Assembly (NCBI GenBank): GCA_035548175.1
Contig: DASZTO010000053.1
Coordinates: 8,472-72,471 of the forward strand
DNA: 64,000 bases
Direction: 5' to 3'
DNA from: Phycisphaerae bacterium
GTDB lineage: Bacteria; Planctomycetota; Phycisphaerae; WQYP01
Shown here: piece by piece, positions 46,548 to 55,165 of the stretch
Layout: each line of letters opens with the position of its first letter
How positions within the stretch are numbered: the first letter of the stretch is position 1
Notes under the pieces: model-generated
What the model was told of the DNA's origin: nothing
What the model saw: the letters and a program-made list of their open reading frames with translations, nothing else
Databases searched by the model: none
Program-made: the position numbers and the translations under genes

Positions 46548-47657
46548 ATGGCCACACGCGTCGCCATTGTCGGCATCGACCCCTTGCAGCGGGAATGGCT
46601 CCAGGCCGCCAGAACCCTGCGCGCCGCCGGGGAAATCGACATCGTCGCCGCCGGCCATCGCACCGTCGCCCTCGCCAAGGACCTCGCCGACCAGTCCGCG
46701 GAGCCCGGCGGAATCGGCGCCGCGCCAGCCGCCGGCGACAAGCACCGCATCCCCGCCTATGACGATCTCCGCATGATGCTCAACGAGCGCGCCCCCCAGG
46801 TGCTCGTCATGGACCGCCCGCCGAACATGCCCATCGAACTGCTGGCGTCCTGCGTGCACCAGAAGATCGGCCTCATGAGCGTCGGTCCCCCCATCGAAAC
46901 CGTCGCCGAAGCCCAGACCCTCGGCGAAGCGCTCGAAGGCCGCTCCCATCTGCTGGCCATCTGGCCCCGCATGGTCGAAACCTTCGGCTACCGACAAGCC
47001 GTCGACGCCGAGGATTTCATCCGCCCCGTCCGCTTTGCCGCCGGCACCTGGCTGGGCATGAACCACGCCCTCGCACGCACCGTCGGACACGCCGTCGAAG
47101 CAAGCCCCGGCGGCCCCGGCGCCGCGCTTCAGGGCGAAGGCCTCCGCTCCCTCAGCGTCCTCGCATGGGATGCCCTCTCCACCCTCATTGACCTCATCGA
47201 CGTGCCCACCACCGTTTACGGCGCAGTCCGCGGTAGCGTCGGCCTGCGCGACACCTTCGCCGATATCACCGGCTCCCTCAGCGCCACCCTCCGCTTCCCC
47301 GAAGACGCCGTCGCCACCCTCACCCTCTCCGACCAGACCCCCTCCACCGTCATGCCCGGCGGCCGCCGCGAACTCCTCCTCGTCGGCCAGGGCATCGCGC
47401 AGCTTTCCCCGGAATCCTACTCCTTTCATGATGGCGGCGGACGCTTGATCGATGAAGGATCCGCTCCGCCCGCCGGCGCGGGCACCGTCGTCGACACGCT
47501 CCGCCAGTTTCTCCGAGCCTTCGCCGCCCCCGCTTCCGCCGCCCGCGCCCGTGACCTCCAGCTTGAGGCCGTCGCCGCCACCATGGAGGCACTCGTCGTC
47601 AGCCATCGCACCGGCCAGCCCGAATCGCCCGAAAGATTTCGCCGATTACGCCGATAA
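46548..47657 (+). CDS. Gfo/Idh/MocA-family oxidoreductase-like protein
   Basis: N-terminal Rossmann VAIVGIDPLQREWLQA...DIVAAGHRT...IPAYDDLRMML. Only 11 nt downstream of metG. Confidence 0.6.
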   Translation: MATRVAIVGIDPLQREWLQAARTLRAAGEIDIVAAGHRTVALAKDLADQSAEPGGIGAAPAAGDKHRIPAYDDLRMMLNERAPQVLVMDRPPNMPIELLASCVHQKIGLMSVGPPIETVAEAQTLGEALEGRSHLLAIWPRMVETFGYRQAVDAEDFIRPVRFAAGTWLGMNHALARTVGHAVEASPGGPGAALQGEGLRSLSVLAWDALSTLIDLIDVPTTVYGAVRGSVGLRDTFADITGSLSATLRFPEDAVATLTLSDQTPSTVMPGGRRELLLVGQGIAQLSPESYSFHDGGGRLIDEGSAPPAGAGTVVDTLRQFLRAFAAPASAARARDLQLEAVAATMEALVVSHRTGQPESPERFRRLRR

Positions 47658-47781
47658 CACATGAAACCGCCGCCCTCCAAGCCTAAAATGACGGCTTGCA
47701 CCACGTAGCGGCAACCTTGCACACGGCGGCGCCCTGCAATCCCAGGACGCCCGATTCAGTTTTGCGGCGGATGGAACACTT

Positions 47782-48744
47782 ATGAATGACCTCCGAAAAA
47801 GCGGCATCCTCCTCGCGACGGCGGCGGGACTCCTCGCCGCCGGCGCAGCCCTTGCCCAGGTTCCTTCACCCCACCCCGCGCCCGGACCCACCCCACTCCC
47901 CAGTGCCGTCGCGCCCCTCTCCGACTCCTCCGGCCTCGGTGATGCCGGTTCCTCCGACGTCGGCTCCTTCAAAATCGTCAACGGCATGATGATGATCAAA
48001 GGCCAGACCCAACCCTTCGCTCGCGTCGAAGTCCCCTCCGTCATCCACGGCCAGCTCTCCGAAGTCGATGTCAAGGAAGGCGACGCCATCAAAAAAGACC
48101 AGGTCATCGCCAGGCTCGACGACACCCTCCAGAAACTCGCCGTCCAATCCGCCCAGCTCGCCGCCCAGAACGACGCCGAAGTCCGCCTCGCCCAGGCCCA
48201 GATCGACTACGCCAAAAACGACCTCCAGCGCGTCCAGGGCGCCGGCACCGGCGCCAACGAAACCGAGCGCCGCCAAAAACAACTCGCCGTCACCCAGGCC
48301 GAAATCTCCCTCGACTACCAGAAAGCCAAGCAGGCCGCCGCCCAGCTCGAACTCCAGAAGCAGCAGGCCACCCTCGACCAGATGACCATCCGCAGCCCCC
48401 TCGACGGCATGGTCCTGCGCGTCAACAAACACGCCGGCGAACAGACCGACGAAAACCCCGTCGCCATCATCGTCCAGACCACCAAGCTCCACGCCGTCTT
48501 CTTCCTCCCCCGCAGCCTCTTCGGCCACGTCTCCCGCGGCGAAAAGGTCATGCTCACCCTCCAGACCGATCCCCCCATGCAGGCGCCCGCCCTCATCACC
48601 TCCGTCGATCCCGCCGTCGATCCGGCGGGCCTCTTCCAGGTGAAAATGGAAATCGACAACTCCGCCGGAAAAATCCCCGCGGGCACCCCCGCCACCTGGG
48701 CCCGCGCTGTGGGTCCCGCCACCCAGCCCGTCGCCGAGCAATGA
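47782..48744 (+). CDS. HlyD-family periplasmic adaptor (membrane fusion protein), stand-alone
   Basis: Signal/TM segment, then biotinyl-lipoyl-like HGQLSEVDVKEGDAIKKDQVIARLDD, a long coiled-coil, and the beta-barrel motif IRSPLDGMVLRVN. Confidence 0.65.
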   Translation: MNDLRKSGILLATAAGLLAAGAALAQVPSPHPAPGPTPLPSAVAPLSDSSGLGDAGSSDVGSFKIVNGMMMIKGQTQPFARVEVPSVIHGQLSEVDVKEGDAIKKDQVIARLDDTLQKLAVQSAQLAAQNDAEVRLAQAQIDYAKNDLQRVQGAGTGANETERRQKQLAVTQAEISLDYQKAKQAAAQLELQKQQATLDQMTIRSPLDGMVLRVNKHAGEQTDENPVAIIVQTTKLHAVFFLPRSLFGHVSRGEKVMLTLQTDPPMQAPALITSVDPAVDPAGLFQVKMEIDNSAGKIPAGTPATWARAVGPATQPVAEQ

Positions 48745-48773
48745 CCCACCCGCCCAAACGCCCCGCCCCCGCG

Positions 48774-49418
48774 CTATTTCGCCAGCACCGCGTCGTCGTT
48801 GTCGTAACTCTGAAACAGACGGCCCACGCGCAGGCCCAGCAGCTTCGTCAAATCCGTCACCACCGCCGCCATGTCCCGCTCGCTCGTGAACGCCGGCTCG
48901 ATCTCCGCGGAAATTTCCGTCCCCGTCGAGCTGTTCTTCGGATAGAGCCGATTCCCGTTCGCGTCCAGCACCTTCACCAGCACGTGCGCGTTCCCCTGGG
49001 CGATCGAGTTGTCGCTGATCGCGCTCACGTCATACGTGATCAGGTCCACGTAAATCACCACATCCGCGTCCGTGGCGCGCGCCACATCCGCGATGCCCAT
49101 GTGCGGAAAACGCGCATTGTCCCGCCGCAACGCCGTCAGACGATCCTGCGTCACCAGGTGATCCGCAAGACCGTACTTATAGAGATGCTGCCCGATCGCG
49201 TCCCCCAGCGCTGACGGAAAATCCGCCGGCGCTCTCACCGTCGGCCGAGGATCCACGAACACCAGAATCCGCTTCCCCTTCGGCAGCGTGTACTGCGCGG
49301 GAACGCTCCCCCCGCCTCCCAGAATCGCCAGCGCCTGGCATCCCCCCGCGCTCGCCGCCGCCAGCAGCGCCGCTACCAACGCCCAACGGTACCCACACCG
49401 GACAACTCCATGCACCAT
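48774..49418 (-). CDS. Lipoprotein of unknown function (paralog A)
   Basis: Signal with lipobox SAGGC. Shares the motifs ILVFVDP.. / TDADVVIYVDLITYDVS with the next gene. Confidence 0.55.
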   Translation of the reverse strand: MVHGVVRCGYRWALVAALLAAASAGGCQALAILGGGGSVPAQYTLPKGKRILVFVDPRPTVRAPADFPSALGDAIGQHLYKYGLADHLVTQDRLTALRRDNARFPHMGIADVARATDADVVIYVDLITYDVSAISDNSIAQGNAHVLVKVLDANGNRLYPKNSSTGTEISAEIEPAFTSERDMAAVVTDLTKLLGLRVGRLFQSYDNDDAVLAK

Positions 49419-49477
49419 GCGGCGCCTCCCATGCCATAACTGTCATCCCCTGCCCCAGTCACGCCCGCCCGCTCCCT

Positions 49478-50143
49478 TCACTCTTCCTGCTCCCGGATGC
49501 TCTCGTCAAACTGCCGGTGCTCCACAAAACAGTTCACCAGCTGGTTCGAAAACTCCTCCAGCACCCGCTTCCTCACCGCCACTTCGCTCCCCGTCGTCGG
49601 ATCCAGCGGCCGATCCGCGGGCCAACGCACGTCGATCACCCCGCTCCACGCCGGAGATGTCCCCGGCGCCCCCGTCTCGAACACCTTGCATTCCGCCTTG
49701 ATGTGCCCCTGCAGATCGCCATATCCCTGGTTCGCGCGCGTCGAATAATCCAGCAACTCGATGTACAGCACCCGGTCCGTCGAAAAATGCTTCCCAATAT
49801 CCTTCTCCGAAAGCGCGTTCCAGTTCAGCGTGTCATCCTGCCAGTTCATCACCTCGCGCGGGTCCAGCAGCCTCACCGACGCCATCTTCGTGTGAAACGC
49901 CGCCGTCAGAAAATTCGCGATCTCCTCCCGCGAATTCGGAAATTCATCCGTCGACGCCTCGTCCGCGAACACCACGATCGCCACCGACTGATTGTCCAGC
50001 CCCGTATATTGCGCGGGTATTTTTTCCCCGTTCACCTCCCGGCTCGCCGCAAAAGCCCAGCAACCCGCCAGCGCCATAGGCGCCGCGAGCAAACCGGCCA
50101 TGAGCAGAAACTGGCGGAGCGGGCGGGATACGCGTGTGTGCAT
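49478..50143 (-). CDS. Lipoprotein of unknown function (paralog B)
   Basis: Signal with lipobox LAGC. Motifs VAIVVFADE.. / STDRVLYIELLDYSTR parallel those of paralog A. Confidence 0.55.
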   Translation of the reverse strand: MHTRVSRPLRQFLLMAGLLAAPMALAGCWAFAASREVNGEKIPAQYTGLDNQSVAIVVFADEASTDEFPNSREEIANFLTAAFHTKMASVRLLDPREVMNWQDDTLNWNALSEKDIGKHFSTDRVLYIELLDYSTRANQGYGDLQGHIKAECKVFETGAPGTSPAWSGVIDVRWPADRPLDPTTGSEVAVRKRVLEEFSNQLVNCFVEHRQFDESIREQEE

Positions 50144-50243
50144 GCCGAAACCTCGCGGGGCAGGTGGATGGACGGGCCATGGTAACGGCGCCGCACGACG
50201 GACGAAAGCGGCGCAACGCCCCCCGCCGCCAAAAAATCGCCCG

Positions 50244-50777
50244 TCAGAACGGATGAAAATCGCCGCGGATGATGATGATCTTGTAAATCCACCCCATCAG
50301 GAAAATCCCCAGCCCCCCGAAAAACAGCTTCCGCCAGTGCCACGCCAGCGTGAACCGGTCCGGCCCCACATATTTCCCCGTCACCAGCCCGATCGACGCG
50401 ATCACCACCGCCACCAGCGCCACCGCCGCAAACGTAAAGCCGAATGGCTGCGTCAAGAGCGACGACAGAATCTCCCCATGCGCAAAATGCGCCACCGCCG
50501 TCGTACACCCGCACGTCGGGCACGGATATCCCGTCCGCGTGTAAAATTCGCACGGCGGCAACCCGAACAGCCCCCGGTGCTTCCCGAACCCGTCTGGACT
50601 CGGCGTCAAAAAGCTGCCGATCACCAGCGGCGTACCCGCCGTCACCAGCGTGAACCCCGACCACGCCCGCACCGCAAACGGCGCCGCGGGCCGCAAATGC
50701 TCCGGCGCCTCCCCAACGCCAGCCGCCACAGGCGCCGCCTCAAGTATCGGTGGAATATCGGACACGCCCTCTGACAT
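50244..50777 (-). CDS. DUF2752-like small membrane protein
   Basis: CPTCGCTTAVAHFAHG motif plus three or four TM helices. Only the C-terminal 177 codons of the 401-aa track ORF look real; the N-terminal part is a G/E-rich mirror frame. Confidence 0.55.
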   Translation of the reverse strand: MSEGVSDIPPILEAAPVAAGVGEAPEHLRPAAPFAVRAWSGFTLVTAGTPLVIGSFLTPSPDGFGKHRGLFGLPPCEFYTRTGYPCPTCGCTTAVAHFAHGEILSSLLTQPFGFTFAAVALVAVVIASIGLVTGKYVGPDRFTLAWHWRKLFFGGLGIFLMGWIYKIIIIRGDFHPF

Positions 50778-50891
50778 CCCCCCATCATACCACATGCACG
50801 CCCCCGCGGGAGAGACCGCCCCCCTGAAGACCCGCCACCGATCGTCCGATGAAACCAGCAGCAACCCCCTCCCCGTTCGCATTGAGGCGCT

Positions 50892-51395
50892 ATGTCTACA
50901 CCGGCCGCCATTCGCTCCCGCCGCGCCTTTTCCGCGATGGAACTCATGATCGTCATCACGATCCTCTCCATCGTCTCCGTCATCGGCATCGACACCATCG
51001 CCAGCTTCGAGGCCAACCAACGCGCCGACCGTGCCTGCCGCGAAGCACTCGCCTTCTTCCGCTTCGCACGACACCTCGCCATGACCACCGGCAAAACCGC
51101 CGAAGTCCGCATCACCCCCGCCTCCAGCACCTTCGCCGTCTACTGGATGAGCAACGGATCCTCCTACGACGCCACCCCCTATCCCCAATCCATGGTCGCC
51201 GGCGGCCAGATGATCATCAACATGTCCACCGAACGCGAACTCCTCGGAACCACCCTCTCCGCCACCGGCGGCGCCACCGATTTCGCCTTCGGACCCCTCG
51301 GCTCCTGCAGCACCGCCGCCACCATCACCTTCTCCTACGGGCATTCCAGCAAAACCCTCGTCGTCCCCCAGGTCGGCGATCCACAAATCCAGTAA
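50892..51395 (+). CDS. Prepilin-type N-terminal domain protein (pseudopilin-like)
   Basis: Basic leader RSRRAFS then AMELMIVITILSIVSVIGI (methylation-motif-like with a conserved Glu). Confidence 0.55.
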   Translation: MSTPAAIRSRRAFSAMELMIVITILSIVSVIGIDTIASFEANQRADRACREALAFFRFARHLAMTTGKTAEVRITPASSTFAVYWMSNGSSYDATPYPQSMVAGGQMIINMSTERELLGTTLSATGGATDFAFGPLGSCSTAATITFSYGHSSKTLVVPQVGDPQIQ

Positions 51396-51546
51396 ATGTG
51401 GCATGGGCATCCCGCCCACCTCCCCATGTGGCATGGGCATCTTGCCCATGTGCGAACGACACCAGACCCTCCGACCTGCAACAATTCCCCAAACCCCAGC
51501 CTCCCCGGTTTCGCGCCGCGCGCAATGCCGCTAAAATTGCCGCCCA

Positions 51547-53439
51547 ATGACCCAAGCCGCTCCACGCCCAATCCTCCCCCAGGCCGTCTCCACGCGCCGT
51601 CTCCGCGCCGGCGCCGATGATCGCGTCCCCCGCCGCCATTACGTCATCCTCCTCACACTCCTCGCCATCCTCGCCGCCATCATGATCTACCCCCTCATCA
51701 GCGGAATCGCCGCCGCCTTCTTCGACCGCGGACACCTCTCCGCCTACTGGATCGAATCCGCTCTCCAGAACGCCACCTTCCGCCGACAGCTCCTCACCAG
51801 CCTCGCTCTCGGCGTCGTCGTCACCCTCCTCTGCAACCTCATCTCCTTCCCCCTCGCCCTCATTGGCCGCGCTTACGATTTCCGCGGCAAAAAACTCTTC
51901 GCCTCCCTCGTCCTCGTCCCCATGGTCCTCCCCCCATTCGTCGGCGCCATCGGCATGAAACAACTCCTTGGCACCTTCGGCTCCCTCACCGTCCTCCTCC
52001 AGCACCTCGGCTTCCTCGCCCACAAAGACGGCATCGACTGGCTCGGCAAGGGCGGCTTCTGGGTCCTCGCCTCCCTCATCACCCTCGGCGTCTATCCCAT
52101 CGCCTACCTCAACCTCCAGGCCTCCCTCGCCAACATCGACCCCGCCATGCTCGAAGCCGCCCAAAACCTCGGCGGCCGCCGCTGGACCAACTTCTGGCGC
52201 ATCACACTCCCCCTCGCCATGCCCGGCGTCTTCGCGGGTTCCACCCTCATCTTCATCTGGGCCTTCACCGAGCTCGGCACCCCCCTCCTCATGGCTTACC
52301 CCCACGTCGTCTCCCGCTCCATCTGGGACGATGTCGCTCAGGCCATCGGCGGCGAAAATTCCCTCGGCTACGCCAAGGTCTTCGTCGTACTCCTCATCAG
52401 CACCGGCGTCTACATGTTCGGCAAGGTCACCCTCGGCCGCAGCGGTTTCGCCATGACCAGCAAAGCCGCCGTCGCCCAAACCGCCAAACGCCTCTCCTTC
52501 GGCAAGGGCCTCCTCGCCGCATCCCCCTTCGCACTCATCACCGCCCTCGCCCTGCTCCCCCACATCGGCGTCCTGCTCTACAGCGTCACCGCCATCGCCA
52601 CCGAAAAAGCCGCCGGCTGGGGCCCCCCCGACACCTTCGGCTGGTACCGCAGCGTCATCCCCAACCGCTACACCCTCGCCGGTTATCAAGCCGTCTTCAA
52701 CACCCCCGAAATCTACGGCGCCATCCTCAACTCCATCAAATACGCCGCCACCGCCACCGCCATCAACATCATCATCGGCGTCGCCATCGCCTGGGTCCTC
52801 GTCCGCACACGCGTCGCCGGTCGCCTCGCCCTCGATTCCCTCGCCATGCTCCCCCTCGCCGTCCCCGGACTCGTCATGGCCTTTGGCTTCGTCGCCACCG
52901 TCCCCCAGCTCGCCGGAGGCCTCACCCACCTGCTCTGGCCGCTGGGCATCCACGCAGGCCTCAATACCCCCGCCGAAATGAAAGACTGGCTCGGCAAATA
53001 CCTCATCCAGTCCCCCTTCCTCCTCCTCGTCGTCGCCTACACCGTTCGCCGCATGCCCTACCTCGTCCGCAGCGCCGCCGGCGGACTCCAGCAAACCTCC
53101 GTCACCCTCGAAGAAGCCGCCGCCAACCTCGGCGCCGCCCCCTGGCGCGTCCTCGTCAAGATCACCCTCCCCCTCATCATGGCCAACCTCATCGCCGGCG
53201 CCGTGCTCACCTTCGCCTTCTCCATGCTCGAAGTCTCCGACTCCCTCATCCTCGCCCAATCCCCCGCCGCCTTCCCCATCACCAAAATGATCTACGTCCT
53301 GGGCAACGACACCAGCGGCCCCGAAAACGTCCGCAACGCCTGCGCCCTCGGCGTCGTCGCCATGCTCTTCCTCATCGCCGCCATCGTCTCCGCCAGCATG
53401 ATCATGGGCAAACGCCTCGGCGCCGTCTTCCGCGCCTAA
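51547..53439 (+). CDS. ABC transporter permease, duplicated-domain type (iron(III)/thiamine FbpB/ThiP-like)
   Basis: Two tandem 6-TM BPD_transp_1-like halves, each with an EAA-like loop (LEAAQNLGGRRW and LEEAAANLGAAPW). Confidence 0.75.
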   Translation: MTQAAPRPILPQAVSTRRLRAGADDRVPRRHYVILLTLLAILAAIMIYPLISGIAAAFFDRGHLSAYWIESALQNATFRRQLLTSLALGVVVTLLCNLISFPLALIGRAYDFRGKKLFASLVLVPMVLPPFVGAIGMKQLLGTFGSLTVLLQHLGFLAHKDGIDWLGKGGFWVLASLITLGVYPIAYLNLQASLANIDPAMLEAAQNLGGRRWTNFWRITLPLAMPGVFAGSTLIFIWAFTELGTPLLMAYPHVVSRSIWDDVAQAIGGENSLGYAKVFVVLLISTGVYMFGKVTLGRSGFAMTSKAAVAQTAKRLSFGKGLLAASPFALITALALLPHIGVLLYSVTAIATEKAAGWGPPDTFGWYRSVIPNRYTLAGYQAVFNTPEIYGAILNSIKYAATATAINIIIGVAIAWVLVRTRVAGRLALDSLAMLPLAVPGLVMAFGFVATVPQLAGGLTHLLWPLGIHAGLNTPAEMKDWLGKYLIQSPFLLLVVAYTVRRMPYLVRSAAGGLQQTSVTLEEAAANLGAAPWRVLVKITLPLIMANLIAGAVLTFAFSMLEVSDSLILAQSPAAFPITKMIYVLGNDTSGPENVRNACALGVVAMLFLIAAIVSASMIMGKRLGAVFRA

Positions 53440-53883
53440 CCCCGAAAAACGTCATGGCGTTTCGCCCCTGTCTTCCAAGGGAAAGAACGGCCCGAACTTG
53501 CCGAAAGCGACCTGGTTCAGTCCTCTTTCCCCCGTGTTTATTGCGGTGTCAGGCTGTGCCAGTGAATGGCGGGCGGATGTATCACCTGCGATAAGGTCAT
53601 ACACTTGCCGGTGGGCACGAAAGTCTATCTGCAATCGGTGGAATTCGAGGATCACAGCATGATGAGAGAAGGCGGCCGGTTCGTTTCCAAGGCAGCATCG
53701 CAGTAGCAGTCGATCGGCGCTGCGACGGCGACTCGGCAGAGTCGATGCAAGGTGCAGGCGAACGTGCACGCGGGATGCTGCTGACCATCTTTCCCCACGC
53801 CGGCCGGAAGCACTGCACTTGACGGAGCGTTGATGGACGGGGCGCGGACGGGGAGAATGGGGACGGTTTTTTCAGGAGCTGTT

Positions 53884-54408
53884 ATGGAACGTGGCGAGTT
53901 GGCGGGGCGGGTGAAGGCGGTGGCGTTGCTGGAGGGGGATTTCACGTTGCGGAGCGGAAAGAAGTCGCGGTTTTATTTTGACAAGTATCTGTTTGAGACG
54001 CAGCCGGACATTCTGGAGGCGATGGGGAAGGAAATTGCGGCGAGGATTCCGGCGGGCACAGCGAGGATCGCGGGGCCGGAGCTGGGGGCGGTGGCGCTGG
54101 CGGCGGCGGCGAGCCTGGCGTCGCGGTTGCCGTTCTTCATCGTGCGGAACGCGAAGAAGGAGTATGGGACCAGCAAGACGATTGAAGGGAAGTTGGAGGC
54201 GGGGGAGAAGGTGGTGCTGGTGGAGGACATCGTGACGACGGGGGGACAGGTGATCGAGGCGATCAAGAACATCCGGGCGGCGGGGGCGGAGGTGGTGAAG
54301 GTGATCGTGGCGCTGGATCGGCTGGAGGGAGGGCGGGAGAATATTTTGCGCGAAGGGCAGGGGGTGGCGTATGACGCGATATTGACGAAAGAGGATATGG
54401 GAATGTAG
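53884..54408 (+). CDS. pyrE: Orotate phosphoribosyltransferase
   Basis: PRPP-binding VVLVEDIVTTGGQV, and LLEGDFTLRSGKKSRFYFDKY. Confidence 0.85.
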   Translation: MERGELAGRVKAVALLEGDFTLRSGKKSRFYFDKYLFETQPDILEAMGKEIAARIPAGTARIAGPELGAVALAAAASLASRLPFFIVRNAKKEYGTSKTIEGKLEAGEKVVLVEDIVTTGGQVIEAIKNIRAAGAEVVKVIVALDRLEGGRENILREGQGVAYDAILTKEDMGM

Positions 54409-54449
54409 CTTCCCCCCCCCCGCCGAGCGGGAAAAATTGGGGTAGTGGT

Positions 54450-54896
54450 TCAATTGGGGGGAGCGGTGTATTTCCCGCCGAGGAAGTCGGGGATGGGTTG
54501 AACCTGCCCGGCGCGGTTGATGCAGGCGATGGTGGATTCTCCGGTGCACAGCAGCATGTTGGTGTCGCGGCGGCGCAACTCGTAGGCGTGGTCGATGCGG
54601 ACGTGGGTTTGCTTGATCACGCGGGTGAGAAGTTCGAGTTCGTCATCGTAGCGGGCGGGCTTTTTGAAATTGATGGTGATCCTGGTGACCACGAAAAGCA
54701 CGTCGCGTTCCTCGAGTTCGCGGTAGCTCACGCCATAGGCGCGCAGCAGTTCCGTGCGGCCCATTTCGAAAAAGGGGAGGTAGTTCGAGTGGTGCAGAAA
54801 GCCCATCGGGTCGCATTCGACGTAGCGGACGCGCAAGACAATGCGGCCTTCGACGGGGCCCGGGGGAGGGGGCGCTTTGGGTGCGGGGACGCTCAT
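54450..54896 (-). CDS. Acyl-CoA thioesterase, 4HBT/YbgC-like hotdog fold
   Basis: VRYVECDPMGFLHHSNYLPFFEMGRTELL (catalytic Asp context) and typical hotdog length. Confidence 0.8.
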   Translation of the reverse strand: MSVPAPKAPPPPGPVEGRIVLRVRYVECDPMGFLHHSNYLPFFEMGRTELLRAYGVSYRELEERDVLFVVTRITINFKKPARYDDELELLTRVIKQTHVRIDHAYELRRRDTNMLLCTGESTIACINRAGQVQPIPDFLGGKYTAPPN

Positions 54897-55165
54897 CAGG
54901 AGATTCCCGTGAGGCCCATGCCGGGCTCGTCGTAGAACAGGCGCGCGAAGGCATCCGGGTCGAAGCTGCCGCGGAAGCGTTCGACGCCATCGACCAGCAC
55001 GACGGGGATGGCGTCGCCATATTTTTCCAGCAGCCCGAGGTCCTGCGTGATGTCGACCACTTCGATGAGCACGGCGGTGCGCGCGCCGACGACTTTCTGG
55101 GCGACTTCGAGGGCGGCTTCGCAGAGGTGGCAGCCGGGTTTGGACATGATGGTGATTTTGTGCAT
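54896..55165 (-). CDS. Glutaredoxin-like small redox protein (thioredoxin fold, CxxC)
   Basis: MSKPGCHLCE active site in an 89-aa protein. Start and stop each overlap a neighbour by 1 nt (TGATG). Confidence 0.65.
   Translation of the reverse strand: MHKITIMSKPGCHLCEAALEVAQKVVGARTAVLIEVVDITQDLGLLEKYGDAIPVVLVDGVERFRGSFDPDAFARLFYDEPGMGLTGIS

Noticed and set aside
50244-51449. 401-aa version of the DUF2752 ORF
   Set aside because: The N-terminal 220 aa are G/E/D-rich mirror-frame sequence overlapping the pseudopilin gene region. Only the C-terminal 177 codons have membrane-protein character.
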